64,000 nt of DNA. Source: Thermodesulfobacteriota bacterium (GTDB lineage: Bacteria > Desulfobacterota > Desulfobacteria > Desulfobacterales > Desulfatirhabdiaceae). Made by a program: the position numbers and the translations under genes. The stretch lies in assembly GCA_040755275.1 (NCBI GenBank), contig JBFMBE010000002.1, forward strand, positions 4,180 to 68,179, written 5' to 3'. The stretch's first letter is position 1, and each line of letters opens with the position of its first letter. The notes beneath the pieces are model-generated. The model worked only from the letters and a program-made list of their open reading frames with translations, ran no database searches and was not told the origin of the DNA. Positions 19,170-28,452 of this stretch are shown one piece after another.

Positions 19170-20642
19170 ATGGGTGATCGGATCCTCGCCATCGACTGGC
19201 GAACACATGCGGTTTTCGGGGCAGTCCTGAACAGGGGGCGAAAGGGGTACCGGGTGGTCTGCCGTGCCCAGGCGCCGATCGATCCGAACGCTGACAGGAT
19301 GGGGGTGGATCGTTTGGTGCCCTTCGAGCGCGTTCTGCAAAGCCTTGCAGAGCAGACGGAGATCGCCGGCACCGTCTGCAGCATCGTGTTGCCGACGGCC
19401 TGGTTTCAGTTTCACCGAATGCATCTTCCATTTCGAAAACACCAGGATATCGCATCCGTTCTTCCCTTCGAGATTGCATCCCACCTTGTCGGCGCCATCG
19501 ACGAGATGGCCTTGGCTTTCGATGGGGTTGCTGCCGACGGCGATGGATCCTACGTGGTTGCAGCCGCTATTCCAAAAATCTGCATCGATGCCATTGAAGC
19601 CGCTGCGGCAGCTCATCGGCTGCAAATCCGGCGCATCGCTCCGGCATCCGATGGGCTTGGTCGGGTGATCGCAGGATGCGACCGGGATGCATCGAAGCGG
19701 GAATGGCTGCTCGTTCTCGTAGAAGGTACCGAGGACGTCTCGCTGGTCGGCGTGTCGAAGGGATGTGTCCGGTTCATCCGCTGCCTGCCGCTGGCGATCG
19801 GTTCGACGGTCGATTCGGTTGGAGATGACTGGCTCGGGCTTGAAGGGGAAATCCGACGGACCCTGATATCGGAGAACGAGAATGCGACAGAGGGGCGTTT
19901 CGAACCGGAAGCCGCCGTCGTTCTGATCGAGGCCGACGGCCCATCCTGGAAAACCCCTGGAGAAGGCGTCTCCCTCGATATCGGTGTGCCGGTTCTGCCG
20001 CTGACATCCGTATTCTGCCGCGATCTCCCCGATGGTACGGCCGTGGATGAGTGGCTCTGGTTTCGACTGCATGAAATGGCTCCAGGGGACGGAATCGATG
20101 TCCATCCGGAAACCAGGCGCCTTCGCGGTTTGTGGAGCAGTCACAGAAACCGGATTCTGTGGTCTACGACTCTGGCCGGGCTTTGCCTCCTCCTGACATT
20201 CGGGAGTATCGGCATGGACATTGTATTGACTACCCGAACGCTCAGGAGCATCGATCGAACGATCGCAGCCCGATTCCATCAGGTGTTTCCTCCGGACATG
20301 CCGATGGTGGATCCGGTTCAGCAGGTGCGCAATCGGAATCGAGAGCTTGCGGACGATCCCTTGATGGCTTTTGCGGGAAACCCGACGCCGACGGCCGATG
20401 TTCTGACGGCCCTGATCCAAGATGTGATGGGGAATCTCGATGTGGTTCTGAGTCGATTGAGCCTCGATGGAGAGAAATTGTCCATCGGGGGGAATGCGGC
20501 GGATTTTGAATCGGTGTATGAAATGAAGCGTCGTTTCGAAAGGTCCGGCATTCAGACGACTGCAACCATTCAGTCCGCTTCCCAGGATGCTGCCCAGAAC
20601 CGGGTGCTTTTCTCGATGGACATCACACGTTTTCGCCCCTGA
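19170..20642 (+). CDS. GspL/PilM-like bitopic assembly protein
   Basis: 490 aa. Actin-like cytoplasmic N-domain, a single TM (ILWSTTLAGLCLLLTFGSIGMDIVL) and a ferredoxin-like periplasmic C-domain (LSLDGEKLSIGGNAADFESVYEMKRRFE). Follows the gspJ/K-like genes. Confidence 0.65.
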   Translation: MGDRILAIDWRTHAVFGAVLNRGRKGYRVVCRAQAPIDPNADRMGVDRLVPFERVLQSLAEQTEIAGTVCSIVLPTAWFQFHRMHLPFRKHQDIASVLPFEIASHLVGAIDEMALAFDGVAADGDGSYVVAAAIPKICIDAIEAAAAAHRLQIRRIAPASDGLGRVIAGCDRDASKREWLLVLVEGTEDVSLVGVSKGCVRFIRCLPLAIGSTVDSVGDDWLGLEGEIRRTLISENENATEGRFEPEAAVVLIEADGPSWKTPGEGVSLDIGVPVLPLTSVFCRDLPDGTAVDEWLWFRLHEMAPGDGIDVHPETRRLRGLWSSHRNRILWSTTLAGLCLLLTFGSIGMDIVLTTRTLRSIDRTIAARFHQVFPPDMPMVDPVQQVRNRNRELADDPLMAFAGNPTPTADVLTALIQDVMGNLDVVLSRLSLDGEKLSIGGNAADFESVYEMKRRFERSGIQTTATIQSASQDAAQNRVLFSMDITRFRP

Positions 20643-20651
20643 CGAACCTGT

Positions 20652-21581
20652 ATGAACCCAACCTGTCCCGATCTTTCCGTCATCATCGTCAACTGGAACA
20701 CCCGGGAGCTGTTGCTTCGTTGCATCGAATCCGTCCGCAAGACCGTTGTCGACCTGGACTGCGAAATTCTGGTGGTGGACAACGCCTCGACGGACGGCAG
20801 TGTCGATGCTGTCCGAGAGCGCTTTCCCGATGTCCGCCTCATCTGCAACGAGCGGAACCTCGGATTTGCAGCAGCCAACAACCAGGCCTTCGAACGGATG
20901 CAAGGACGCTACGCCCTGCTGATCAATTCCGATGCACGACTTTTGCCGGGTGCTGCGCGAGTCCTGTTCGATCATCTCGAAACCCATGCCGATGTGGGCA
21001 TGGTCTGCGGCAGATTGCTCCATCCCGATGGCTCACCCCAGCGATCGGTCGCCCCCTTTCCTTCCTGGCTTACCCTGATTACCAATGAAACCCTGCTCAA
21101 TGTGCTGTTTCCAAAACGGTATCCCGGAAAGCGTCGGATCCCCGATCGGCCGATCGAAGTGGCATCGGCGATCGGGGCCTGCCTTTTGATTCGCAAGGCG
21201 GCCATCGACCACATCGGTGGATTCGACGAAGGGTACTTCTTTTTTTTCGAGGAAACCGATCTGGCTCGGCGGATGTGGGAAAACGGATGGAAGGTGGTTT
21301 GGGTGCCTCAGGCAACCATCGTTCACGAACAAGGGAAAAGTGTAAGCAACCGGGCCGATGGCAGGATTCTGTTCTACCGATCCCGATATCGGTACCTTCG
21401 GAAATGGCATCCACGCTCCTATCCAATCCTGTCGGCTATCGTGGTGCTTCGACTGATCGTGAACTTTCTGCTCTCCGGAGCCGGATGTCTGTTGACTGCG
21501 GGATGCGTGGGTTCCCTTCGGAACAAGACGATCGTGTATGGAAAGCTGATCGGGTGGCATCTTGGAGGGGGCGGGACGTAG
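20652..21581 (+). CDS. family 2 glycosyltransferase
   Basis: LSVIIVNWNTRELLLRCIESV...ILVVDNASTDGS...NLGFAAANNQ and a DxD-like region. Typical GT2 (rhamnosyltransferase-like). Confidence 0.88.
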   Translation: MNPTCPDLSVIIVNWNTRELLLRCIESVRKTVVDLDCEILVVDNASTDGSVDAVRERFPDVRLICNERNLGFAAANNQAFERMQGRYALLINSDARLLPGAARVLFDHLETHADVGMVCGRLLHPDGSPQRSVAPFPSWLTLITNETLLNVLFPKRYPGKRRIPDRPIEVASAIGACLLIRKAAIDHIGGFDEGYFFFFEETDLARRMWENGWKVVWVPQATIVHEQGKSVSNRADGRILFYRSRYRYLRKWHPRSYPILSAIVVLRLIVNFLLSGAGCLLTAGCVGSLRNKTIVYGKLIGWHLGGGGT

Positions 21582-21629
21582 GGGGCAGAAGTCAGGAGTC
21601 AGCGGTCGGAACCCTCTCCTCGGAGATAT

Positions 21630-22586
21630 TTGAACATGGTCTTTCAACCAGATGGTACCATCCTTCTTCTCTCCTTTCTGTTGGACCTTCTCCTGAAGGA
21701 TCCCGTTTCGCTTCCCCATCCGATTCGGTGGATGGGAAAGGCCATCGAGTCCTTCGAACCGATGTTTCGAAGGGCGGTCGCCTCACCGGTGCTTTCCGGC
21801 GTTCTGTTTTCTCTCACCCTCATTGTATCGACCTGGACCATCGGGGCGCTGATCTTATGGATGTGCCATTGGGTGCATCCTTTGTTGGCAAGGGGCGTCG
21901 AGTGTATTCTTTTATGGTATTGCATTTCGGCTGGAAGCCTTGCCGAATCGGCTGAAGGGGTCGTGAGGGCGTTGCTGCATCGCGGGATACTTGATGCCCG
22001 AAAAGCCGTATCGATGATCGTAGGCCGGGACACGGAATCCCTGAATGAAAGCGGCATCCTGCGGGCTGCACTTGAAACGACGGCGGAAAATTTTGTGGAT
22101 GGCGTCTTTGCGCCGCTGTTCTATTACGCCATTGGTGGCATTCCGCTGGCTCTCGCCTATAAGATGGTCAATACGCTCGACTCGATGGTCGGATACCGTA
22201 ACGATCGGTACATTCAATTCGGAAAAGCCGCTGCACGGATAGACGACGCAGCCAACTGGATACCGGCTCGACTTGCGGTATTGCTCATCGCCTGCGGGGC
22301 GCATCTGTTGAATCGCAGGGGAAGGGATGTACTGGCCACGGCCTTTCGAGAAGGGAAGAACCACTTGAGTCCGAATTCGGGTTATCCGGAAGCCGCATTT
22401 GCCGGTGGACTGCAGGTTCGATTGAACGGCCCCAATTATTACCATGGCGTTCTCGTTCAAAAACCCTACATCGGCAAAGACTTCGGAGAGGTCACGCCTC
22501 GACTGGTGTTTCGGGCGATAGATTTGATGGTGTGTTCGAGTTTTCTGGCCGTTTGTATGTTGACCGTCATCCTTCGTTGCTCATAG
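21630..22586 (+). CDS. cbiB: adenosylcobinamide-phosphate synthase
   Basis: 318-aa membrane protein with CobD/CbiB motifs (PHPIRWMGK, SPNSGYPEAAFAGGL, RLNGPNYYHG). Confidence 0.92.
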   Translation: MNMVFQPDGTILLLSFLLDLLLKDPVSLPHPIRWMGKAIESFEPMFRRAVASPVLSGVLFSLTLIVSTWTIGALILWMCHWVHPLLARGVECILLWYCISAGSLAESAEGVVRALLHRGILDARKAVSMIVGRDTESLNESGILRAALETTAENFVDGVFAPLFYYAIGGIPLALAYKMVNTLDSMVGYRNDRYIQFGKAAARIDDAANWIPARLAVLLIACGAHLLNRRGRDVLATAFREGKNHLSPNSGYPEAAFAGGLQVRLNGPNYYHGVLVQKPYIGKDFGEVTPRLVFRAIDLMVCSSFLAVCMLTVILRCS

Positions 22587-22666
22587 ACACGACTCCGGAG
22601 GTTCAGGGGCGTTGAGGGATTTTGCTTGATATGCAGGACGGTTTTTGGTAAAAACCCAGCCCATAT

Positions 22667-22740
22667 GGTGGGTGTAGCTCAGTTGGCAGAGCACCGGGTT
22701 GTGGCCCCGGTGGCCAAGGGTTCAAGTCCCTTCATCCACC
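22667..22740 (+). tRNA. tRNA-His (GUG)
   Basis: Cloverleaf read by eye. An encoded extra G(-1) pairs with discriminator C73. Anticodon loop TTGTGGC. T-loop GGTTCAAGTCC. The 3' CCA is not encoded (CTC follows). Confidence 0.9.
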
Positions 22741-22758
22741 CTCTTTCCCGCCTCTTCA

Positions 22759-22835
<77 letters not shown>

Positions 22836-23096
22836 AGATATTTCAGACAGATCCCGATCGACATCCATGTTTCCCGGTTGGATGCTGACAGGATCAGAAC
22901 CAATAACATCCGTCCGATCAGTTCCTGCAAACGAAATCCTCGTCCCAAAAGCAGTACAGCCGAAGTTCTTGCATAACACTTCGCCATCCGCCGTCTGCAA
23001 GACCTCTTTTCCCATTTCCCGAATGTCATAACCATCATGAATTGTACGGACCGTTCGATAAGTATTCAGAATTTGTCAGCGGTCGAACACTCTTTT

Positions 23097-23305
23097 ATGA
23101 TGGCGTCGCAAGAAGTCGCTAACCACCGATTTTCCTTCCAAGCCGTGCCTCCAGCAGGAGGGCGGGTGATGTTTTGCGACTCCATCAACAAGGATGGCCC
23201 CGAAAAAAGTCGGGCCCTATGGATGGACCCGCAGGAAGGCGGGTGAATTTTGCTCAGCAGCAGAACAACTCAGCCGCCCGATCTCGTAGGATCGGACGGA
23301 TGGCC
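23097..23305. repeat. composite interspersed repeat (GATGGCGTCGCAA terminus + hairpin module Z)
   Basis: Starts ATGATGGCGTCGCAAGAAGTC. Contains GGATGGCCCCGAAAAAAGTCGGGCC. Contains CAGCCGCCCGATCTCGTAGGATCGGACGGATGG, which is the inverse of GGCTATCCGCCCGATCCTACGAGATCGGGCGGCTG at ~45190-45225 and of 53481-53510. Confidence 0.75.
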
Positions 23306-23329
23306 AGACAGTAAACAGAGGCTGGTTGA

Positions 23330-23512
23330 ATCGCAATGGCTTGCTTTTCATTCGATATTTCGATCCAGTACGTCCGTCCGATGCAACGATCTCCGGCGGC
23401 TTGAAACAGGTTTTCGCAGCAAGCTCAAAAAGCTTCCCCGGCCACCCCGCTTATGTCCGACATTTACAAACAGCACGGGAAAGACGACTTTTTGCGGGAC
23501 CATCAACAAGAA
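23330..23512. repeat. interspersed repeat, full-length module X
   Basis: By-eye alignment to the inverse of 44987-45190 and to 8890-8981 (..GATCTCCGGCGGCTTGAAACAGGTTTTCGCAGCAAGCTCAAAAAGCTTCCCCGGCCACCCCGCTTATG..GACTTTTTGCGGGACCATC). Confidence 0.75.
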
Positions 23513-23537
23513 GGTATCACCAGAAAGGAAATACGTC

Positions 23538-24377
23538 ATGATTCGCTCCTTGTTTAAGATGTATTGCGGTTTGGGATTGGTCTTGCTGGTGTTGGGGCTT
23601 TCGGCGGGTTCGGCCGCTTCAGGTGCGTTGGATGTCTTCAAGGGTCTTGAGGGAACGATCCAGATTGCGGGAGGTACGGCCCACATCCCGGTCATGAACG
23701 ATGCTGCCAAGGCCATCATGACGGCCAACCCAAAGATCCGAATCCTCGTGGAAGGCGGCGGATCGGGAATCGGCGTGCAGAAGGTCGGGGAGGGACTGGT
23801 GGATATCGGCAATACGGGGAGGCCGCTCACCGAACAGGAAATCGCTCAATACGGCCTCAAATCCTTTCCGTTTGCCCTGGATGGCGTTGCCGTGGTGGTG
23901 CATCCATCGAATCCCGTAACCAACCTGACGGCCCAGCAAGTCCGGGATATTTTCTCGGGTGCCATCACCCGTTGGAAGGATGTCGGCGGAAACGATGCGC
24001 CGATTCACCTGTTCACCCGGGATGAGGCCAGCGGTACGAGGGAAGTGTTCTGGGAAAAGGCGCTCAAAAAAGGAAGTGTCGCATCGTCAGCCAATGTGGT
24101 TGCTTCCAATGGGGCCATGAAAGTGGCCGTGGCTCAGGACAAGGATGCCATCGGGTATGCCGGCATCGGCCATGTGGATGCCAGCATCAAGGGGATCAAA
24201 CTGGACGGTGTTGCTCCGACCCAGGAAAACGCCATGAACGGTTCCTATCCGGTGACCCGAAAATTGTATATGAATACCAAGGGAGAGCCCAAACCGCTCG
24301 TCAAGGCCTTCATCGATTATATCTTGAGTTCGGAGGGTCTCCAAATCATTCAGAAACACGGATACCTTCCCCTGTAA
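23538..24377 (+). CDS. pstS: phosphate ABC transporter substrate-binding protein
   Basis: ATG 23538 lies within track ORF 23250..24377 and has an AGGAAA Shine-Dalgarno. Signal peptide MIRSLFKMYCGLGLVLLVLGLSAGSAA. PBP-like-2 pattern (GGSGIGV, SGTREVF). First gene of pstSCAB. Confidence 0.9.
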   Translation: MIRSLFKMYCGLGLVLLVLGLSAGSAASGALDVFKGLEGTIQIAGGTAHIPVMNDAAKAIMTANPKIRILVEGGGSGIGVQKVGEGLVDIGNTGRPLTEQEIAQYGLKSFPFALDGVAVVVHPSNPVTNLTAQQVRDIFSGAITRWKDVGGNDAPIHLFTRDEASGTREVFWEKALKKGSVASSANVVASNGAMKVAVAQDKDAIGYAGIGHVDASIKGIKLDGVAPTQENAMNGSYPVTRKLYMNTKGEPKPLVKAFIDYILSSEGLQIIQKHGYLPL

Positions 24378-24392
24378 GGGTCGAGTCTGAAC

Positions 24393-25295
24393 TTGAGGAG
24401 TCGCCGTTTTGCAGCCTCTCGGGCAATTCGCTATATTGCCCGTCGTGAGATCTGGATCGAGCGGGTATTGTTTCTTGCGGCAGGGCTCAGTGCAGCCGTC
24501 GTCGTAGCCATTTTTTCGATGCTGACGTGGTTCTGCCTGCCGCTGTTCACCGAACATCGGCTGGGTGCCGTTCTGGAGTGGCGCTGGGATCCCATCCATC
24601 AGCACTTCGGTATCCTGCCGATGCTCTTCACCTCCTGTCTGCTCACGATCATTGCCCTCATTGTCGCCTTCCCCCTGACCATCGGCATCTGCTCCCTCCT
24701 CCACGGGGTGCTCCGAAACGGAGTGCTACATCGGATGTTGCTCTTTCTCCTGCATTTCATGACCGGAATTCCGACGGTCATTTACGGGTTCGTCTCGGTG
24801 TTTGTCCTCGTGCCCCTGCTACGCTGGGTGTTCGAAGCCGGAACCGGCTTTTCCCTGCTGGCCGCCGGCCTGACCCTGAGTGTTCTGATCCTGCCCACGA
24901 TGGTGTTGGTGCTTCATGCCGAGCTCGATCAGGCAGAGGCGAGGTATCGGCTGACAGCTGAGGCACTGGGGTTCTCCCCGGAACAAACCATTCGAACCGT
25001 TCTGCTGCCGGCATGCCGCAGGGCACTCGTTGTCACGGTGCTGCTTGGCATGGGCCGGGCCGTCGGAGATACCCTCGTTTCCCTGATGGTGGCCGGGAAT
25101 GCGGCCCAGGTTCCCCATTCCATCTTCGATTCGGTTCGCACCTTGACCGCCCATATCGCTCTGGTGTTGGCGACAGACAGCCACAGCATGGCCTATCAAT
25201 CCGTTTTTGCAGCCGGATTGTTTCTTTTCCTGCTGATGAGCTGCTTTCAGGCGTTCCTAAGGTTCTGGGCCAAACATGGAACGGTATTCAAATGA
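24393..25295 (+). CDS. pstC: phosphate ABC transporter permease
   Basis: 300-aa, 6-TM permease with the EAA-type loop (AEALGFSPEQTIRTVLLPA). The start (TTG 24393) is uncertain. Confidence 0.88.
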   Translation: MRSRRFAASRAIRYIARREIWIERVLFLAAGLSAAVVVAIFSMLTWFCLPLFTEHRLGAVLEWRWDPIHQHFGILPMLFTSCLLTIIALIVAFPLTIGICSLLHGVLRNGVLHRMLLFLLHFMTGIPTVIYGFVSVFVLVPLLRWVFEAGTGFSLLAAGLTLSVLILPTMVLVLHAELDQAEARYRLTAEALGFSPEQTIRTVLLPACRRALVVTVLLGMGRAVGDTLVSLMVAGNAAQVPHSIFDSVRTLTAHIALVLATDSHSMAYQSVFAAGLFLFLLMSCFQAFLRFWAKHGTVFK

Positions 25296-26173
25296 AACCA
25301 CGAACGATGGATCTCTTCTGGAGAACGGCATCCTGGCTGAGCGGGTTGACCGTTTCCGCAAGCGTGATGTTCCTGATCGGGTTTTTGCTCTGGCAGGGGA
25401 TTCATGCCCTATCGCCTGCCTTGTTCTTCGGGGATACGGCATGGCAGGATGCCCTGTTCGGGCGAAAGCCCGTTTTTGAAGGCATTTGGCCGGCTGTCGT
25501 CGGAACATTGTCGCTTGTGGTGCTCGCTTCGCTGATTGCCGTACCCATCGGGGTTGCAGCCGGTATCTATCTTTCGGAATACGCCACTATACGGCAGTGT
25601 CGTTGGATCGGTTCCCTGGTGGACCTCCTTTCTGCAACCCCATCCATCGTGATGGGACTCTTCGGCTTCACCCTGATCCTGCTCCTTCGAAGGACGATGC
25701 TTCCCAATGCCCAGACGGGGTTGATGCTTGCTGCAGCATGCATCGCCCTGATCGTTCTGCCGTATCTCATTGCAACGACAAGGGCCTCACTTCAGGGGAT
25801 ACCGGAAGAGTCACGGCTGCTCGGGGCAAGCCTCGGGCTGACGAAATGGCAGCACATCCGCCATACCTTGATCCCTCTTTCCGCCAAGGGTATTTTGGGA
25901 GGAGTGGTGTTGGCCATCGGCAGAGCGGCCGAAGACACGGCCGTGATTCTGATGACCGGTGTCATGGCCCGGGCAGGCATGCCTCGGAACCTATGGGACA
26001 AATTCGAGGCTCTTCCGTTTCAGGTGTACTATCTGGCAGCCGAACATCGGAATGCCGCCGAACTGGCACAAGGATTCGGAACGGCGCTGGTTCTTTTAAT
26101 CGTGACGGCTGCATTGTTCGGATTTTCATACTGGATCGAAAGGCAGGCAGCCAGGCGATGGGACAGCGGATGA
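25292..26173 (+). CDS. pstA: phosphate ABC transporter permease
   Basis: ATG 25292 (MKPRTMDLFWRT) overlaps the pstC stop (ATGA). EAA loop (GASLGLTKWQHIRHTLIPL). Confidence 0.9.
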   Translation: MKPRTMDLFWRTASWLSGLTVSASVMFLIGFLLWQGIHALSPALFFGDTAWQDALFGRKPVFEGIWPAVVGTLSLVVLASLIAVPIGVAAGIYLSEYATIRQCRWIGSLVDLLSATPSIVMGLFGFTLILLLRRTMLPNAQTGLMLAAACIALIVLPYLIATTRASLQGIPEESRLLGASLGLTKWQHIRHTLIPLSAKGILGGVVLAIGRAAEDTAVILMTGVMARAGMPRNLWDKFEALPFQVYYLAAEHRNAAELAQGFGTALVLLIVTAALFGFSYWIERQAARRWDSG

Positions 26174-26937
26174 AGGGAGATTCTCCGCCAGACATTCGGA
26201 TCGATGCGCTCAGGGTTTGCATCGGAGGTCGGGATGTGCTCTGCGGCATCGATCTTTCGCTGCGAAAAGGAGAAGTGATGGTTGTGGTCGGTCCGTCCGG
26301 CTCCGGAAAGACGACGCTGCTGCGGGCCGTCAACCGGCTGAACGAAAGTTTTCCGGATTGTACGACCCGGGGCAGCGTGCGTATGAAGCTTGGGGATCGT
26401 ATTGTCGATCTCTATCAAGACGATCTTCCTTTACCGGAGATTCGCAGGCGTGTGGGCATGGTGTTTCAAACCCCTGCCATCCTACCGTTTTCTATTGAAA
26501 AGAACATCCGTCTTCCGCTTCGGGTCGCCCTCGGTTTGAAACCTCAAGAAATCGAGCGGCGCATGGAGCATGCACTGCACGACGTGGGGCTTTGGGACGA
26601 GGTGAAAGACCGCTTAAATAGCCCGGCCCGGATGCTCTCGGGCGGGCAGCAACAGCGTCTTTGTCTGGCGAGAACCATAGCCCTCGACCCGGAAGTCCTA
26701 CTTCTGGATGAGCCGACCGCTTCCCTCGATTTCCGGGCGGCTGCCCGCATCGAGCAATGGATGGTCGATCACCGGGACCGATACACCATCCTTGCCGTAT
26801 CCCACAGCCTGGGTCAGACACGGCGGATTGCGGACCGGGTATGCGTACTCAAGGACGGGCGGATCGTCGAGACCTTCGGCAGAGATCGGATGGCGGATGT
26901 GGAAGACTTCTACGCCCGGATGGAAGCGCTTTTTTGA
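26170..26937 (+). CDS. pstB: phosphate ABC transporter ATP-binding protein
   Basis: ATG 26170 overlaps the pstA stop. Walker A GPSGSGKTT, signature LSGGQQQRL, Walker B LLLDEPTASLD. Confidence 0.93.
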   Translation: MKGDSPPDIRIDALRVCIGGRDVLCGIDLSLRKGEVMVVVGPSGSGKTTLLRAVNRLNESFPDCTTRGSVRMKLGDRIVDLYQDDLPLPEIRRRVGMVFQTPAILPFSIEKNIRLPLRVALGLKPQEIERRMEHALHDVGLWDEVKDRLNSPARMLSGGQQQRLCLARTIALDPEVLLLDEPTASLDFRAAARIEQWMVDHRDRYTILAVSHSLGQTRRIADRVCVLKDGRIVETFGRDRMADVEDFYARMEALF

Positions 26938-27090
26938 GCGAAGAATTCGGTTGCCCCTGGCTGAAATGCAACGGCCCCTATCGCGCACCGTGAACACCCA
27001 TCCCCTCTGTCCTCCGTCTCAGATCGGACCCAAAACGGGCTTCCCGCTCAGGCATCCCTAAAGATCGCTCCTATACAAGCCCTTCTTGAC

Positions 27091-27131
27091 ATTCACCTCC
27101 GGTATGATCGAATATCATACCGGAGGTGAAT
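27091..27131. promoter_or_regulatory. perfect 18-bp inverted repeat pairing an anti-SD (CACCTCC) with the Shine-Dalgarno GGAGGTG of the downstream ORF
   Basis: ATTCACCTCCGGTATGAT-cgaat-ATCATACCGGAGGTGAAT, with arms verified base by base. GGAGG at 27122-27126. GTG 27126 and ATG 27130/27133 follow. Confidence 0.7.
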
Positions 27132-27323
27132 GATGGAAACTGCAAAGTCGCTATTACGACTGATGATGACACCCTTCAGAGAGTTGACCGTCTTGTGAAA
27201 GAGCATGTTTTTCCGAATCGGAGGCAAGCGATCCAGGAGGCCGTACAAGAGAAGATTGAACGCTTCGAGAAAACACGGCTCGAAAGGGTATTCTCAACAC
27301 TTGATCCTTCCCATCATTCATGA
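27126..27323 (+). CDS. ribbon-helix-helix (CopG/Arc/MetJ-type) small DNA-binding protein; start problematic
   Basis: 65-aa ORF with an RHH pattern: beta strand KVAITTDDDTL, helix QRVDRLVKEH, then NRRQAIQEAVQEKI. Its only in-frame start is GTG 27126, which abuts the SD with zero spacing (see findings). Confidence 0.6.
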   Translation: MNDGNCKVAITTDDDTLQRVDRLVKEHVFPNRRQAIQEAVQEKIERFEKTRLERVFSTLDPSHHS

Positions 27324-27363
27324 ACCCGGCAGTAACGGGAAATCGGGGTTGGAAAGAACCGAC

Positions 27364-28452
27364 ATGTCCAAGACGCATGGAAAGAAACTCAGGAAAAAGC
27401 CAGAACGGCTAGCTAAAAAGAGCGGCATGCCTCCCGGGACGATGGCTTTCGTTGGCAGGCAGAAGGTCGAGAATGCCCGTATCGATGTGCTGCATTACGA
27501 CGAAACATCGGTGCGTGAGTTGATCGATGCCGACGTGAACCAGTGCAGCGATGTCGCCAAAGAGCCGGGTGTTACCTGGATCAACGTGAACGGTATTCAC
27601 GACACGGTGCTGATTGAGGCTCTTGGGCAACGTTTCGGCCTTCATCCGCTGACATTGGAGGATATCGTCAACACAACCCAACGGCCGAAAGTTGAGGAGT
27701 TTACATCCTATCTGTATGTCGTTCTCAAAATGATCGGATTTGATGATACGGAAAGCCAACTCAAGATTGAACATGTCAGCCTGATTCTGGGTGACGGTTT
27801 CGTCATCTCCTTTCTGGAGGACGAAGGCGATGTGTTTGACCCGGTGCGGGGGCGCATCCAATCAACGAAAGGGCGAATCCGTACCATGAAATCCGACTAC
27901 CTGGCCTATGCCCTCGTGGATGCAGTGGTGGATCATTATTTTGTGGTTGTCGAGCGAATCGGAGACCGTATCGAGGAAATTGATGATCGTATTCTGACCG
28001 ATCCAAACCCGAACGACATTCATGAAATCCACCAGCTCAAGGATCAAATCCTGAATTTGCGCAAAGCGGTCTGGCCTTTGCGCGAGGAGATTGGAGCTCT
28101 GGAGAAGATCGAGTCCACGCTGATTCGACCGGAAACACGGGTGTATTTGCGTGACATATACGATCACACAATCCAGATCATTGACATGCTGGAAACGTTT
28201 CGGGACATCATCGGGAATATGCATGACACCTATTTGTCCAGCATCAGCATTCGCATGAACGAAATCATGAAGGTGCTGACCATTATCGCCACGATTTTCA
28301 TCCCGCTGACGTTTATCGTGGGTGTATATGGCATGAACTTCGAAAACCTGCCGGAACTGAAATGGCGCTACGGCTATTTTATGGTCTGGGGCATGATGAT
28401 AGCGGTCGCAGGCGGATTGATTGTCTATTTTAAACGAAATCGCTGGATATAA
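27364..28452 (+). CDS. corA: CorA-family magnesium/cobalt transporter
   Basis: ATG 27364 lies within track ORF 27205..28452. Two C-terminal TM helices with the YGMNF(E) signature (GVYGMNFENLPE). Confidence 0.93.
   Translation: MSKTHGKKLRKKPERLAKKSGMPPGTMAFVGRQKVENARIDVLHYDETSVRELIDADVNQCSDVAKEPGVTWINVNGIHDTVLIEALGQRFGLHPLTLEDIVNTTQRPKVEEFTSYLYVVLKMIGFDDTESQLKIEHVSLILGDGFVISFLEDEGDVFDPVRGRIQSTKGRIRTMKSDYLAYALVDAVVDHYFVVVERIGDRIEEIDDRILTDPNPNDIHEIHQLKDQILNLRKAVWPLREEIGALEKIESTLIRPETRVYLRDIYDHTIQIIDMLETFRDIIGNMHDTYLSSISIRMNEIMKVLTIIATIFIPLTFIVGVYGMNFENLPELKWRYGYFMVWGMMIAVAGGLIVYFKRNRWI

Noticed and set aside
21582-21629. A cobalamin riboswitch upstream of cbiB.
   Set aside because: The gap is only 48 nt, far too short for a B12 element, and no B12-box-like sequence is visible.
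22836-23096. An integrase or prophage remnant at the tRNA-Arg 3' flank, including minus-strand ORF 22770..23015 (MGKEVLQTADGEVLCKNFGCTAFG...).
   Set aside because: The ORF runs antisense into the tRNA. It shows no tyrosine-recombinase motifs. I saw no direct repeat of the tRNA 3' end elsewhere in the window, so there is not enough evidence for an island junction.
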